Shown in pieces: positions 26,801 to 39,656 of a stretch of DNA of 64,000 bases. The stretch comes from Octopus vulgaris (taxonomy: Eukaryota), in contig OX597840.1 of NCBI GenBank assembly GCA_951406725.2, positions 32,178,001 through 32,242,000 on the forward strand. The letters are read 5' to 3'. How positions within the stretch are numbered: position 1 is the stretch's first letter; each line of letters starts with the position of its first letter. Under the pieces are notes generated by a model, which was not told where the DNA came from, did no database searches, and saw only the letters and a program-made list of their open reading frames with translations. The position numbers and the translations under genes are program-made.

Positions 26801-27215
26801 AATGGAGAGGGAAGTTTTGTCTCGCGAAAGATTCAAAGAACGATGGGTGAATGTTGCAAAGATGGTGCGTGCTAGTAACGAAACCATTTTGAGCATGATC
26901 CTGTAGATCGTAAAAAAAGAAAGAAAGAGAGCATTTTGATCTCATGTGGTTATTTCCTCCCTGACTGGGGTTCCCGTGGTCTTTTCTGTAGGCTTTTCTT
27001 CCCACGGATGAACCCAATCTTGTTATATCAATGTTTATATCATTATTTCTGTGATACACGATTTCCTTTTTTTTTCCTTTTTTTCCCTCCTCTCGATCCC
27101 TTTTGATCGCAATCTTACATTTATTTTATTTTTTTTCCACCCTTGAAAAGAAAAGCTCTGCATTTGTATTTGTCCCCTCTGTATTCAGCCCTGTGTGGCT
27201 AATAAAAGAAAGTTA
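23867..27215 (+). mobile_element. Tx1 copy 3: partial APE endonuclease, RT and 3'UTR, several frameshifts
   Basis: LVGDWNA, SYLDRV and YTDHK APE motifs; YADD; same 3' end as copies 1 and 2; ORFs 23889-25259, 25271-25981, 25929-26426, 26532-26906. Confidence 0.95.
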
Positions 27216-27277
27216 TCTCTATCTATCTATCTATCTGTCTCTCTATCTCTCTATCTATCTATCTATCCATCTATCAG

Positions 27278-27325
<48 letters not shown>

Positions 27326-27349
27326 GTCTGTCTGTCTGTCTATCTATCA

Positions 27350-27393
<44 letters not shown>

Positions 27394-27429
27394 GTCTGTC
27401 TGTCTGTCTATCTATCAATCTATCTTTAT

Positions 27430-27482
<53 letters not shown>

Positions 27483-27495
27483 CATCTATCAATGA

Positions 27496-27551
<56 letters not shown>

Positions 27552-27614
27552 GTCTGTCTGTCTGTCTATCTATCAATCTATCTTTATTTATCTATCTATC
27601 TATCTATCTATCTA

Positions 27615-27664
<50 letters not shown>

Positions 27665-27673
27665 AATCTATCT

Positions 27674-27759
<86 letters not shown>

Positions 27760-27860
27760 GTCTGCCTGTCTGCCTGTCTTCCCATTTATACATCCTCCCC
27801 GCTATCTACCTACCTACCTACCTACCTACCTACCTACCTACCTACCCATCTACCTATTTA
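27216..27860. repeat. (TCTA/TCTG/CCTA)n tract
   Basis: direct reading. Confidence 0.92.
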
Positions 27861-28135
27861 TCACCTCTCAACTTATTAATCAATTTATCATTGTCAATAA
27901 AGTCGATTTAATAATGTACACTCTACTCCCCCTCCCCGCCCCCCTCCCCCCTCCCCTTAACTCCGCCGCAAAACTTCCCTCATAATTCGATATTACATTT
28001 CCGATCCACTCTTCTTGAAATTGTGACATCATAATCACCATGGTTATCAGGTTATTTTCGTTAGATCGACCTCCATGATTATCGTGATGACGTCACATTC
28101 TAAGTTCATTTAATTTAATGGAATTACCTTGTATA

Positions 28136-28897
28136 CACCACCACCACCACCACCACCACCACTACCACTACCACCATTGCTAACACCACTACCAACGCCA
28201 GCAACCAACACCACTACCACCATCACGAGCGCCACCACCACCACCACCACTGCAAACAGTACCATCGCTACCACCACTACCACTGCCAACATCACCACCA
28301 TCACTAACACCTCCACCATCGCTAACTCCACCATCACTACCGCCACCGCCACCACCACCACCACCACCACCACACCACCACCATCACCAGCATCCCCAAT
28401 ACCAACACCACTACCAAAGCCACCACCACCGCCGACAACACCCTCACAAACACCACCACCACCATCGCTAACACCAACACTATCGCCAACACCAACACCA
28501 CTACCACCACCACGATCACTACCAGCACCAGCACCAGCGCCACCGTCTCCATTGCTGACACAACCACCACTACCACACCACCGCCACCACCTCCACCACC
28601 ACCACAACCACCACTACCACCACCACCACCACCACCACCACCACCACCACCACCACCACTACCACCACCTCTACCACCACCACCACCACCATCACCGCCG
28701 CCGCCGCCGCTCTCAGCTCTTTTTTTATCATCTGCACACTAGGGCAAATAATTGTAGCTACTGCTAAAACTCTTCTTACTCCTCTACCTCCATACCTCTT
28801 CCTCCTCCTCCTCTTCCTCCTCTTCTTCCTCCTCCTCTTCTTCCTCCTCCTCCTCCTCCTACCACTACTACTACTACTACTGCTGCTGTTGCTGCTG

Positions 28898-28900
<3 letters not shown>
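28136..28900. repeat. degenerate (CCA)n and (CCT)n trinucleotide tracts
   Basis: direct reading. Confidence 0.88.
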
Positions 28901-28928
<28 letters not shown>

Positions 28929-28946
28929 TACATAATACATACATAT

Positions 28947-29352
28947 AGGCGCAGGAGTGGCTGTGTGGTAAGCAGCTTGCTAACCAACCACATGGTTCCG
29001 GGTTCAGTCCCACTGCGTGGCACCTTGGGCAAGTGTCTTCTGCTATAGCCTCGGGCCGACCAATGCTTTGTGAGTGGATTTGGTAGACGGAAACTGAAAG
29101 AAGCCTGTCGTATATATGTATATATATATATATTTATATATATATGTATGTGTGTGTGTGTGTTCCCCCTAGCATTGCTTGACAACCGATGCTAGTGTGT
29201 TTACGTCCCCGTCACTTAGCGGTTCGGCAAAAGAGACCGATAGAATAAGTACTGGGCTTAAAAAGAATAAGTCCCGGGGTCGAGTTGCTCGACTAAAGGC
29301 GGTGCTCCAGCATGGCCGCAGTCAAATGACTGAAACAAGTAAAAGAGTAAAA
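28947..29352 (+). mobile_element. SINE A
   Basis: match to family consensus. Confidence 0.92.
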
Positions 29353-29360
29353 TAAGTATA

Positions 29361-30720
29361 TATTAGGTTGGCAAGAAAGTAATTTCGTTTTTTTTATTGT
29401 GAAATAAAAGTCATTTTTTTTCTCATACATAAAAAATGAACTTTAATGAATTTTATTTCTTTTTCATTTAGTTCAATGACCTTTTGCCATCTTCCTGGCA
29501 ACTTCATGATTCCATGCTTATAGAACTTCCGGTCCTTATCAGCCAAAAACAGAAGCAAGTGGGATTTCAGGTCATCATCATTATTTAAAGTTTTACCATT
29601 CAAAGAATTTTGCAAACTTCCAAATGAATGGTAATCCGATGGTGCAAGGTCAGGACTATATGATGGATGTGACATCACTTCCTAACCAGGCTTCAATAAT
29701 TTTTCATGAGTTAGCAAAGACATGTGTGGTCTAGTGTTGTCATGGTGGAACCTGATTCCTTTACGATTTGCCAATTCTGGCAGTTTTTCTTTCATTGAAT
29801 GCCTCACCCAGTTTCATTAGTTGTTGACAGTAAACATCTGAATTGATCGTTTGGTTCCTTGGAAGCAGCTCAAAACACACAACACCTTTATAATCCCACC
29901 AAACTGACAACACGACCTTTTTTTATGTAATTGAGCTTTCGATCTGGTTTCTGCTGGTTGGTTCATTATGCTTGGACTATGATCGTTTTCGATTGATGCT
30001 ATTGTAGACAATCCATCTTTCATCCCCACTGATGATTCCTTTCAAAAAAGGTCGATTTCATTGCGTTTGAGATACATATCACAAATACTGATTCGTTGTG
30101 TTAAGTGAATCTCTTTCAATTAATGTGGAACCCAAGTATCGAGCTTCTGAACGAGTCCAAGACATCTCAGTTGATTTTCAGTTTTTTAGTGCGATACTAC
30201 ATTTAACCACTCTGCAATCTCTCGAACAGTTGTATGACAATCAGATTCAATTATGGCTTTGATTCGGTAATCATCAATTAGCACACCGGGCGAAATGCTT
30301 TGCGGTACTTCGTCTGCCGTTACGTTGTGAGTTCAAATTCCGCCGAGGTCGACTTTGCCGTTCATCCTTTCGGGGTCGATAAATTAAGTACCAGTTACGC
30401 ACTGGGGTCGATGTAATCGACATGATACCTATGCCTGTCCTTGTTTGTCCCCTCTGTGTTTAGCCCCTTGTGGGTAATAAAGAAATAGGTAATCATCAAT
30501 TTCAGTAGGTCGACCAGAACTTTGGTCATCTTTGAGTGAAAAATCTCCAGAGCGGAATTCTTAAAACCATTTCTGACATGTGCATTCTGCTAAGCAATCA
30601 ACACCATAATCTACACATATATCTTTGTGAGCCGCAGCAGCTTTCTTGCTTTTACGGAAATAAAAAAAAAGCAAGTATAGCGAAAATGTTTGTGTTTGCA
30701 CTCCATGTTAAAATTGACAC
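29361..30720 (-). mobile_element. degenerate mariner transposon
   Basis: HPSYSPDLAPSDY motif, HHDNTRPH, WVPH; TIR-like TATTAGGTTGGCAAGAAAGTAATTTCG at 29361. Confidence 0.9.
30279..30490 (+). mobile_element. SINE C inserted in the mariner, TSD GGTAATCATCAATT
   Basis: 14-bp flanking duplication. Confidence 0.88.
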
Positions 30721-31019
30721 TGAATTAACAGCTGGAAACAAAATTATATACCATTTGCTTCTAAAGTAAGCTTAAAGTAACGTATATCAAATATTACAAG
30801 GAAAAATCATAACACAGAGCGCTCCTGGTAACATGTAACCAAGTACGATCTGTTGTATCGTCGGGTCGTCAGAGACTAAACTGGCAACCTCACCGAACTT
30901 GCTTGGTGAGAGGGGTGCTTGTTGGACACCCTTCGGGACTAAAAGTAGGACCCCTCAAAGGGTGGAGGAATTCCTGAGAACTCAACGATCTTTCAACAAA
31001 AATGCCGTGGGGGTCGAAA

Positions 31020-31056
<37 letters not shown>

Positions 31057-31059
<3 letters not shown>

Positions 31060-31465
31060 TTTTCTCTTTTCTCTTTTACTTGTTTCAGTCATTTTGAATG
31101 CGGCCATGCTGGAGCACCGCCTTTAATTGGGGGAACTCGACCCCGGGACTTATTCTTTTTTGTAAGCCCAGTACTTATTCTATCGGTCTCTTTTGCCGAA
31201 CCGCTAAGTGACGGCGACGTAAACACACCAGCATCGGTTGTCAAGCAATGCTAGGGGGACAAATACAGACACACAAACATACACGCACATACATATATAT
31301 ACGACTGGCTTCTTTCAGTTTCCGCCTACCAAATCCATTCACAAGGCATTGGTCGGCCCGAGGCTATAGTAGAAGACACTTGCCCAAGGTGCCACGCAGT
31401 GGGACTGAACCTGGAACCATGTGGTTGGTTAGCAAGCTACTTACCACACAGACACTCCTGCGCCT
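31057..31465 (-). mobile_element. SINE A
   Basis: match to family consensus. Confidence 0.9.
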
Positions 31466-31539
31466 ATATTATATATATATATATATGTAGAGAGAGAGAG
31501 ACAGACAGACATTCAGAAGGAAACTGAAAGAAGCCCTTC

Positions 31540-31580
<41 letters not shown>

Positions 31581-31977
31581 GACCTGTACGCCTAGAATGG
31601 TCACCATGATGCCACCGAAGATTGCACTTTCTACTCAACTTACGCCATTTTTCAATTAATTTATATTAATTTCAATATGATTATTATCTCCCCTTTTATA
31701 TGTTTGTTTACGCACAATAATTTATTACGGCGCTAATATTTTAACGCTGCTCATTAGTTAATTAAAATTTCTTGGTTTTCTACATTAATTAATCGAGCAC
31801 TTGCTTTATTAAGCTTTTAATTTCTCCAATAGACTTTACATGTTACCGATTTATCTCTCTTCCGGTCTCTCTCACTCTCTCTCTCTCCATCACTCCCTCG
31901 CTTCCTTTCATTTTGTGTGTATGTCTATGCTTATACATACATACGTACCCCCACAACCACACCCACACCCACCCACC

Positions 31978-32023
<46 letters not shown>

Positions 32024-32030
32024 ATATAAT

Positions 32031-32121
<91 letters not shown>

Positions 32122-32138
32122 CATGCATACACACACAA

Positions 32139-32206
<68 letters not shown>

Positions 32207-32269
32207 AATATATATATACATATATATAGATGTATATATATATATATGCGTATATGCATACACACACAA

Positions 32270-32346
<77 letters not shown>

Positions 32347-32419
32347 CCTAGACATTTCTGAGTATGCTAGTATGTGTGTGTGTGTGTGTTATTCTTTTTA
32401 AATCTACAATTCACTGTCA

Positions 32420-32426
32420 TCCTCTA

Positions 32427-32474
<48 letters not shown>

Positions 32475-32995
32475 TCTCTCTCTCTCAATCATCCTTTCTT
32501 CTATATTTCTCTTTCCCTGTCTCTTTCTCTCATATTTCCTTTTCTTCTTCTCTTCGCTGTATTTTATTTCGTCCCGCCCCCTCTCTCTCTCTTTCTCATT
32601 CTCTCTGTCTCTCGCCTTTCTCTTCCTCTCTCTCTCTCTCTCTCTCTCTTACCCCTCTACTTCTCTTTCTCTCTTCTTTCTCCATCTCTATCTTTCTCGT
32701 TTTCTCTCTCTCTCTCTTCCTCTCTGTATGCTCCTTCCTCACTCTTTCTCCCACTCTCCACCTTTCGCTCTCTCCCTATCTCTCTCAGTTGCTCTCTCTT
32801 TCTCTCTACGTCTCTCTTTCGCTACTCCGTATATATTGCTTTCTGTCATTCCGTATCTCTTTCTCTCTTCCTGCTTTTCTCTCTTTCTTTACTCTCTGTG
32901 TCTTCCTCCCCTTCTCTCTCCCTCTCATACTCTCCCACATCCTCCTCTCCCTCTTTCTTCCCTCCCTTTCTCCCTCCTTCCACCACTCTCACTAA
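32420..32995. repeat. degenerate (CT)n polypyrimidine tract
   Basis: direct reading. Confidence 0.88.
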
Positions 32996-33196
32996 CACTC
33001 CCAACTATAATTGTCACTCTTTGAAAATATTTCTGATTTCTGTTTAGACAAAAGTTTAATCAACAAAATTGCTTCCTTAATAACCTAATATTAATTAGAA
33101 GTTGTAGAAATGTAGATTTTTGAATTAGATTAGCAACCAACGGGTTGATAGTTCGCTTCGCACAAATGGAATATCAGCATTCTTCGGATATACTCT

Positions 33197-33772
33197 CTCT
33201 TTTCTACTCTTCTACTTGTTTCAGTCATTTGACTGCGGCCATGCTGGAGCACCGCCTTTAGTCGAGCAAATCGAACCCCAGGACTTATTCTTTGTAAGCC
33301 CAGTACTTATTCTATCGGTATCTTTTGCTGAACCGCTAAGTGACGGAGATGTAAACACACCAGCATCGGTCGTCAAGCAATGCTAGGGGGACAAACACAC
33401 ACACATACACACATATACATATATATACGACAGGCTTCTTTCAGTTTCCGTCTACCAAATCCACTCACAAGGCTTTGGTCGGCCCGGGGCTATAGCAGAA
33501 GACACTTGCCCAAGATGCCACGCAGTGGGACTGAACTCAGAACCATGTGGTTGGTTAGCAAGCTACTTACCACACAGCCACTCCTGCGCCTATATATATA
33601 CATATATACGACAGGCTTCTTTCAGTTTCCGACTACCAAATCCACTCACAAGGCATTGGTCGGCCCGGGGCTATAGCAGAAGACACTTGCCCAAGATGCC
33701 ACGCAGTGGGACTGAACCCGGAACCATGTGGCTGGTTAGCAAGCTACTTACCACACAGCCACTCCTGCACCT
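33197..33772 (-). mobile_element. SINE A plus duplicated 5' half
   Basis: 33197-33591 full copy, 33605-33772 second head. Confidence 0.9.
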
Positions 33773-34029
33773 ATATAACCAAATTATTTCAATTTCCAAC
33801 AAGTTAATCCACCAAATTACATTAGTACGTGAGATCAATCTATTGTTGATCTTCAGGTTAGTTCGATCAGGTTATTCGATCAGACCTACGATCAATTCAG
33901 GCCATCTCTATCTCGTCTTCGTTTTAATTGTTGGCGGCCATATTGTATAACCTGAGGTTCCTTTTTCATTTCTACAGACAGTTTTATAAGATTTGTATAT
34001 ATGTATATATATATGTATATATGTGTGTA

Positions 34030-34241
34030 TGTGTGTGTGTTTGTCCCCCTAGCATTGCTTGACAACCGATGCTGGTGTGTTCACGTCCCCCGTCACTTAG
34101 CGGTTCGGCAAAAAGAGACCGATAGAATAAGTACTGGGCTTACAAAGAATAAGTCCCGGGGTCGAGTTGCTCGACTAAAGGCGGTGCTCCAGCATGGCCG
34201 CAGTCAAATGACTGAAACAAGTAGAAGAGTAGAAGAGAGAG
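34030..34241 (+). mobile_element. SINE A 3' half
   Basis: match to family consensus. Confidence 0.88.
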
Positions 34242-34488
34242 TATATCCGAAGAATGATGATATTCCATTTGTGCGAAGCGAACTATCAACCCGTTGGTTG
34301 CTAATCTAATTGTTGGCGGCCATATTGTATAATCTGAGGTTCCTTTTTCATTTCTACAGACAGTTTTATAGGATTTGAGGGAAATTTCGCTGCCGTATCT
34401 AGAAGATCGACCGACCGCATACAGGATATCTTTCAGATCGTGTTGTCAAGATCACAAGTTTGAGTTTAATAGAAAGTTTTCTTTTATT

Positions 34489-34759
34489 ACAATTGCAGCG
34501 TGGAAGGTGTTTATAAGCCATTTAAGAAACGCACAAAAGCCGTTCGATTCACTTCAACATTTAAGTTTAATTTGTCAAAATATTTTCGTCGCTAAAATCC
34601 GAAAATATTTTGACAAATTAAACTTAAATGTTGAAGTAAATCGAACGGCTTTTGTGTGTTTCTTAAATGGCTTATAAACACCTTCCACGCTGCAATTGTT
34701 TTCGTTTCAGCACACGTTCTCAGATCAGGTCACTTGCTATGCGAGTACATCTCCGTAAT
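34489..34759. mobile_element. second fold-back copy of the 12.7-kb element
   Basis: arms 34489-34588 / 34600-34699, different fold point from the first copy. Confidence 0.8.
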
Positions 34760-34772
34760 ATTCTTTTATTGT

Positions 34773-35425
34773 ATTATTTTGTTTGTTTCAGTGATTTGAC
34801 TGAGGCCATGCCGAAGCACCGTCTTTAGTCGAAGAAATCGACCTCAGGTCTCATTCCTTGTAAGCCTAGTACGTATCCTATCGCTCTCTTTTGCCGAACT
34901 GTTAAGTTACGGGGAGGTAAACACACCAACATCGGTTGTCAAGCGATGGTGGGAGTGGGACAAACACACACACGCACACGCGCACACACACACACATACA
35001 CATATATGTGGAGGCGCGTGGCTTAGTGGTTAGGGTGCCAGCATCATGATCGTAAGATTGTGGTTTCGACTCCTGGACCGGGCGACGCGTTATGTTCTTG
35101 AGCAAAACACTTCATTTCACGTTGCTCCAGTCCACTCAGCTGGCAAAAATAAGTAACGCTGCGATGGACTGGCGTCCCATCAAGCTGGGGAACACATACA
35201 CCATGGAAACCGGGAAACCCGGCCCATGAGCCTGGTTAGGCTTTAAAAGGGCGCATTTATTTATTATTATTATATATATATATATACGACGGGCTTCTTT
35301 CAGTTTCCGTCTAAAAATCCACTCACAAGGCTTTGGTCGGCCCGAAGCTATTGTAGAAGACATTTGCCAAAGGTGCCACGAAGTGGGACTGAGCCCGAAA
35401 CCATGTGGTTGGTAAACAAGCTACT
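34773..35425 (-). mobile_element. SINE A split by SINE E and truncated at the HAL1-like target site
   Basis: 3' half 34773-34966, 5' half 35285-35425 ending at AAGCTACTT. Confidence 0.82.
35009..35258 (+). mobile_element. tRNA-derived SINE family E
   Basis: A box TGGCTTAGTGG, B box GGTTTCGACTCC, CORE-like centre, tail shared with family F. Confidence 0.82.
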
Positions 35426-35570
35426 TTATTTCATACAATTTGCGACAGGGGCATGACATGGAGTAGCTGCGAGCTGGACGATTACTTTAACGGGATTAAA
35501 TAAATATAAAATATAAATGAGGGAAACGAACGGCGCCCGCCGACCGCCTGTCTCCCTAAGACAATGTTCT
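35426..35570 (-). mobile_element. 5'-truncated 3' end of the HAL1-like family
   Basis: colinear motifs GTCTTAG..GTCGGCGGGCGC..GTCCAG-N-CGCAGCTACTC..TGAAATAAAG shared with 6200-6350. Confidence 0.8.
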
Positions 35571-35587
35571 ATCTATCTATCTATCTA

Positions 35588-35648
<61 letters not shown>

Positions 35649-36010
35649 CTATCTAGCTATCTAGCTATCTGTCTGTCTATATATCTATAATATAGATAAT
35701 ATATATGTATGCATATATACATACTTGTACATACATACATGTATACAAATATGTATGTATGTATGTATATATATATATATATAATTAATCAATATAGGGT
35801 GGCAAAAAAAATTTTTGTAGAATTCTTTTGCCACCAGCGGCCTAGTAGGAAAAAATTAAATAGTCATAAACTATTTTTACGTTCAACATCACAATCAAGG
35901 AACGGCCATAATAGGCCATTCACCCACTAGAAATAACAGCCAAAAGCTTTAACCGCAAAATAACATTAATTCCATAAACCAGGAGAAAATTGAAAAACTT
36001 TTACCCTGTA

Positions 36011-36117
36011 ATTTCTTAGACGATGCACCGTTTCATCTACCGTTTAATGGTAAACTAACCTGATTAAATTAAATCAAGCCAATCCACCATAGGCCCTTAG
36101 ACTCATCAGTAAGAAAT
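36011..36117 (-). ncRNA. type I hammerhead ribozyme, copy 1
   Basis: reverse complement of 36878-36984. Confidence 0.82.
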
Positions 36118-36503
36118 AGCCAAGTCGGAACAGATATTTTTTACGAGGCATTCCTCTTGCTACCTCGGCAATATCTGACCTAAAATTTTCAAATCGTCGC
36201 ACTCGCGCCAAATTTATCGGCAGCAAATAAATATAAGCCACCGATTCCATTACGGAACTAACCAGAAAATTCATAATTAATCAATATAGGGTGGCAAAAA
36301 AAAATTTTTGTAGAATTCTTTTGCCACCAGCGGCCTAGTAGGAAAAAATTAAATAGTCATAAACTATTTTTACGTTCAACATCACAATCAAGGAACGGCC
36401 ATAATAGGCCATTCACCCACTAGAAATAACAGCCAAAAGCTTTAACCGCAAAATAACATTAATTCCATAAACCAGGAGAAAATTGAAAAACTTTTACCCT
36501 GTA

Positions 36504-36610
36504 ATTTCTTAGACGATGCACCGTTTCATCTACCGTTTAATGGTAAACTAACCTGATTAAATTAAATCAAGCCAATCCACCATAGGCCCTTAGACTCATC
36601 AGTAAGAAAT
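36504..36610 (-). ncRNA. type I hammerhead ribozyme, copy 2
   Basis: reverse complement of 36878-36984. Confidence 0.82.
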
Positions 36611-36877
36611 AGCCAAGTCGGAACAGATATTTTTTACGAGGCATTCCTCTTGCTACCTCGGCAATATCTGACCTAAAGAATTCTACAAAAATTTTTTTTG
36701 CCACCCTATATTGATTAATTATGAATTTTCTGGTTAGTTCCGTAATGGAATCGGTGGCTTATATTTATTTGCTGCCGATAAATTTGGCGCGAGTGCGACG
36801 ATTTGAAAATTTTAGGTCAGATATTGCCGAGGTAGCAAGAGGAATGCCTCGTAAAAAATATCTGTTCCGACTTGGCT

Positions 36878-36984
36878 ATTTCTTACTGATGAGTCTAAGG
36901 GCCTATGGTGGATTGGCTTGATTTAATTTAATCAGGTTAGTTTACCATTAAACGGTAGATGAAACGGTGCATCGTCTAAGAAAT
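36878..36984 (+). ncRNA. type I hammerhead ribozyme, copy 3
   Basis: ATTTCTTA-CTGATGA-GTCTA..TAGAT-GAAACGGTGCATCGTC-TAAGAAAT; predicted cleavage after C36976. Confidence 0.82.
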
Positions 36985-37102
36985 TACAGGGTAAAAGTTT
37001 TTCAATTTTCTCCTGGTTTATGGAATTAATGTTATTTTGCGGTTAAAGCTTTTGGCTGTTATTTCTAGTGGGTGAATGGCCTATTATGGCCGTTCCTTGA
37101 TT

Positions 37103-37175
<73 letters not shown>

Positions 37176-37582
37176 ACTCTTTTACTCTTTTACTTGTTTC
37201 AGTCATTTGACTGCGGCCATGCTGGAGCACCGCCTTTAGTCGAACAAATCGACCCCAGGACTTATTCTTTGTAAGCCCAGTACTTATTCTATCAGTCTCT
37301 TTTGCCGAACCGCTAGGTGACGGGGACGTAAACACACCAGCATCGGTTGTCAAGCAAATGCTAGGGGGACAAACACAGACACACAAACATACACACACAC
37401 ACATATATATATACATACATATATACGACGGGTTTCTTTCAGTTTCCATCTTCCAAATCCACTCACAAGGCTTTGGTCGGCTATAGTAGAAGACACTTGC
37501 CCAAGATGCCACGCAGTGGGACTGAACCCGGAACTATGTGGTTGGTAGACAAGCTACTTACCACACAGCCACTCCTGCGCCT
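37176..37582 (-). mobile_element. SINE A
   Basis: match to family consensus. Confidence 0.9.
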
Positions 37583-37880
37583 ATGTATGTATGTATGTAT
37601 GTACGTATGTATATATCGAGTGAAAAACGGGATGGACGCTTTGTTTTTGTTTTTGTGCCTCTGTCTGTTGTACACGACTATGAGGATTTGCATCCCCAAC
37701 GTAAATCGTCTTTTTCCAAACTTATAATGTAATACATGTCCTTGAAGTAGTAATTGTGCGCGGCTGAAGAAGGCTATTGACATACATATTACATCAATTA
37801 TGCATTGATATAAACCGTCTAATAAAAGCCAGAAACATATGTAGCGCTAAATCATTTGCATCATGTTTTTCTTTTGATAA

Positions 37881-37968
<88 letters not shown>

Positions 37969-38352
37969 GGAAGCACTCCGTCGGTTACGAAGATGAGGGT
38001 TCCGGTTGATCCGAATCAACGGAACAGTCTGCTCGTGAAATTAACGTGTAAGTGGCTGAGCACTCCACAGACACGTGCACCCTTAACGTAGTTCTCGGGG
38101 ATATTCAGCGTGACACAGAGAGTGACAAGGCCGGCCCCTTGAAATACAGGTACAACAGAAACAGGAAGTAAGAGTGAGAAAAAGTTGTGGTGAAAGAGTA
38201 CAGCAGGGATCACCACCATCCCCTGCCGGAGCCTCGTGGAGCTTTTTAGGTGTTTTCGCTCAATAAACACTCACAACGCCCGGTCTGGGAATCGAAACCA
38301 CGATCCTATGACCGCGAGTCCGCTGCCCTAACCACTGGGCCATTGCGCCTCC
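37969..38352 (-). mobile_element. SINE B
   Basis: match to family consensus. Confidence 0.92.
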
Positions 38353-38475
38353 TATAACATGACATATGAAAACAAATGAGTTCAATACGCAAAGAACGAG
38401 AGAGGGAAATGGAAAACAGGACGAATAGTACAAGGTTCATGTTGTTTACTGTCGGTGACGTCCTGTACTCATATA

Positions 38476-38565
<90 letters not shown>

Positions 38566-38567
38566 TG

Positions 38568-38785
38568 TTCTTTTATTCTTTTACATGTTTCAGTCACATG
38601 ACTGCGGCCATGCTGGAGCACCGCCTTTAATCGAGCAACTCGACCCCGGGACTTATTTTTTTTTGTAAGCCCAGTACTTATTCTATCGGTCTCTTTTGCC
38701 GAACCGCTAAGTAACGGGGACATAAACACGCCACCATCGGTTGTCAAGCAATGCTAGGGGGACAAACACAGACACACAAACATAT

Positions 38786-38852
<67 letters not shown>

Positions 38853-38908
38853 TACGACAGGCTTCTTTCAGTTTCCATCTACCAAATCCACTCAGAAGGC
38901 TTTGGTCG
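38568..38908 (-). mobile_element. SINE A, head missing
   Basis: match to family consensus. Confidence 0.88.
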
Positions 38909-38971
38909 TGTGTGGATATTTATATATATACTTATACGCGAAGCACATATGTGTTACATATATAATATATA

Positions 38972-39345
38972 AATTTCTTTACTACCCACAAGGGGCTAAA
39001 CACAGAGGGGACAAACAAGGACAGACAACTGGTACTTATTTAATCGACCCCGAAAAAATGAAAGGTAAAGTCGATATCGGCGAAATTTGAACTCAGAACA
39101 TAAAGACAGACGAAATACCTATTTCTTTACCACCCACAAGGGACTAAATATAGAGGGGACAAACAGGGACAGACAAACGGATTAAGTCGATTATATGGAC
39201 CCCAGTGCGTAACTGGTACTTAATTTATCGACCCCGAAAGGATGAAAGTCGAGCTCGGCGGAATTTGAACTCAGAACGTAAAGGCATACGGAATGCCGCT
39301 AAGCATTTCGCCCGGCGTGCTAACAATTCTGCCAGGTCACTGCCC
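38972..39345 (-). mobile_element. SINE C with full head and two tandem body units
   Basis: head GGCAGTGACCTGGCAGAATTGTTAGCACGCC; body repeated via the GAAATAGGT-ATTTCGTCTG junction. Confidence 0.82.
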
Positions 39346-39401
<56 letters not shown>

Positions 39402-39567
39402 TTATACAAACACACATATAATTATATATATATATGTACATATATATTTATATATATAATATACAAACACACACACATGTATAGATATATATTGATAAAC
39501 ACAATGATATTGGATATACATATATATGTCTGCGTGTTTGTCTATATATATATATATAATGTGTGTG

Positions 39568-39617
<50 letters not shown>

Positions 39618-39623
39618 CGTATA

Positions 39624-39656
<33 letters not shown>

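Larger units (their letters stand above)
35781..37107. mobile_element. ~493-bp unit in tandem (x1.8) plus inverted copy, each with a hammerhead (retrozyme/PLE-like)
   Basis: units 35781-36272 and 36273-36677, inverted 36678-37107; near-identical; flanked by (TA)n. Confidence 0.88.

Noticed and set aside
28110-28767. Pro/Thr/His-rich mucin- or extensin-like ORF
   Set aside because: Degenerate CCA repeat open in several frames on both strands; no independent coding evidence.
36074-36921. Duplicated 66-aa ORF MNFLVSSVMES
   Set aside because: Identical only because of the inverted duplication; overlaps the ribozyme; no recognisable domain, though coding cannot be fully excluded.
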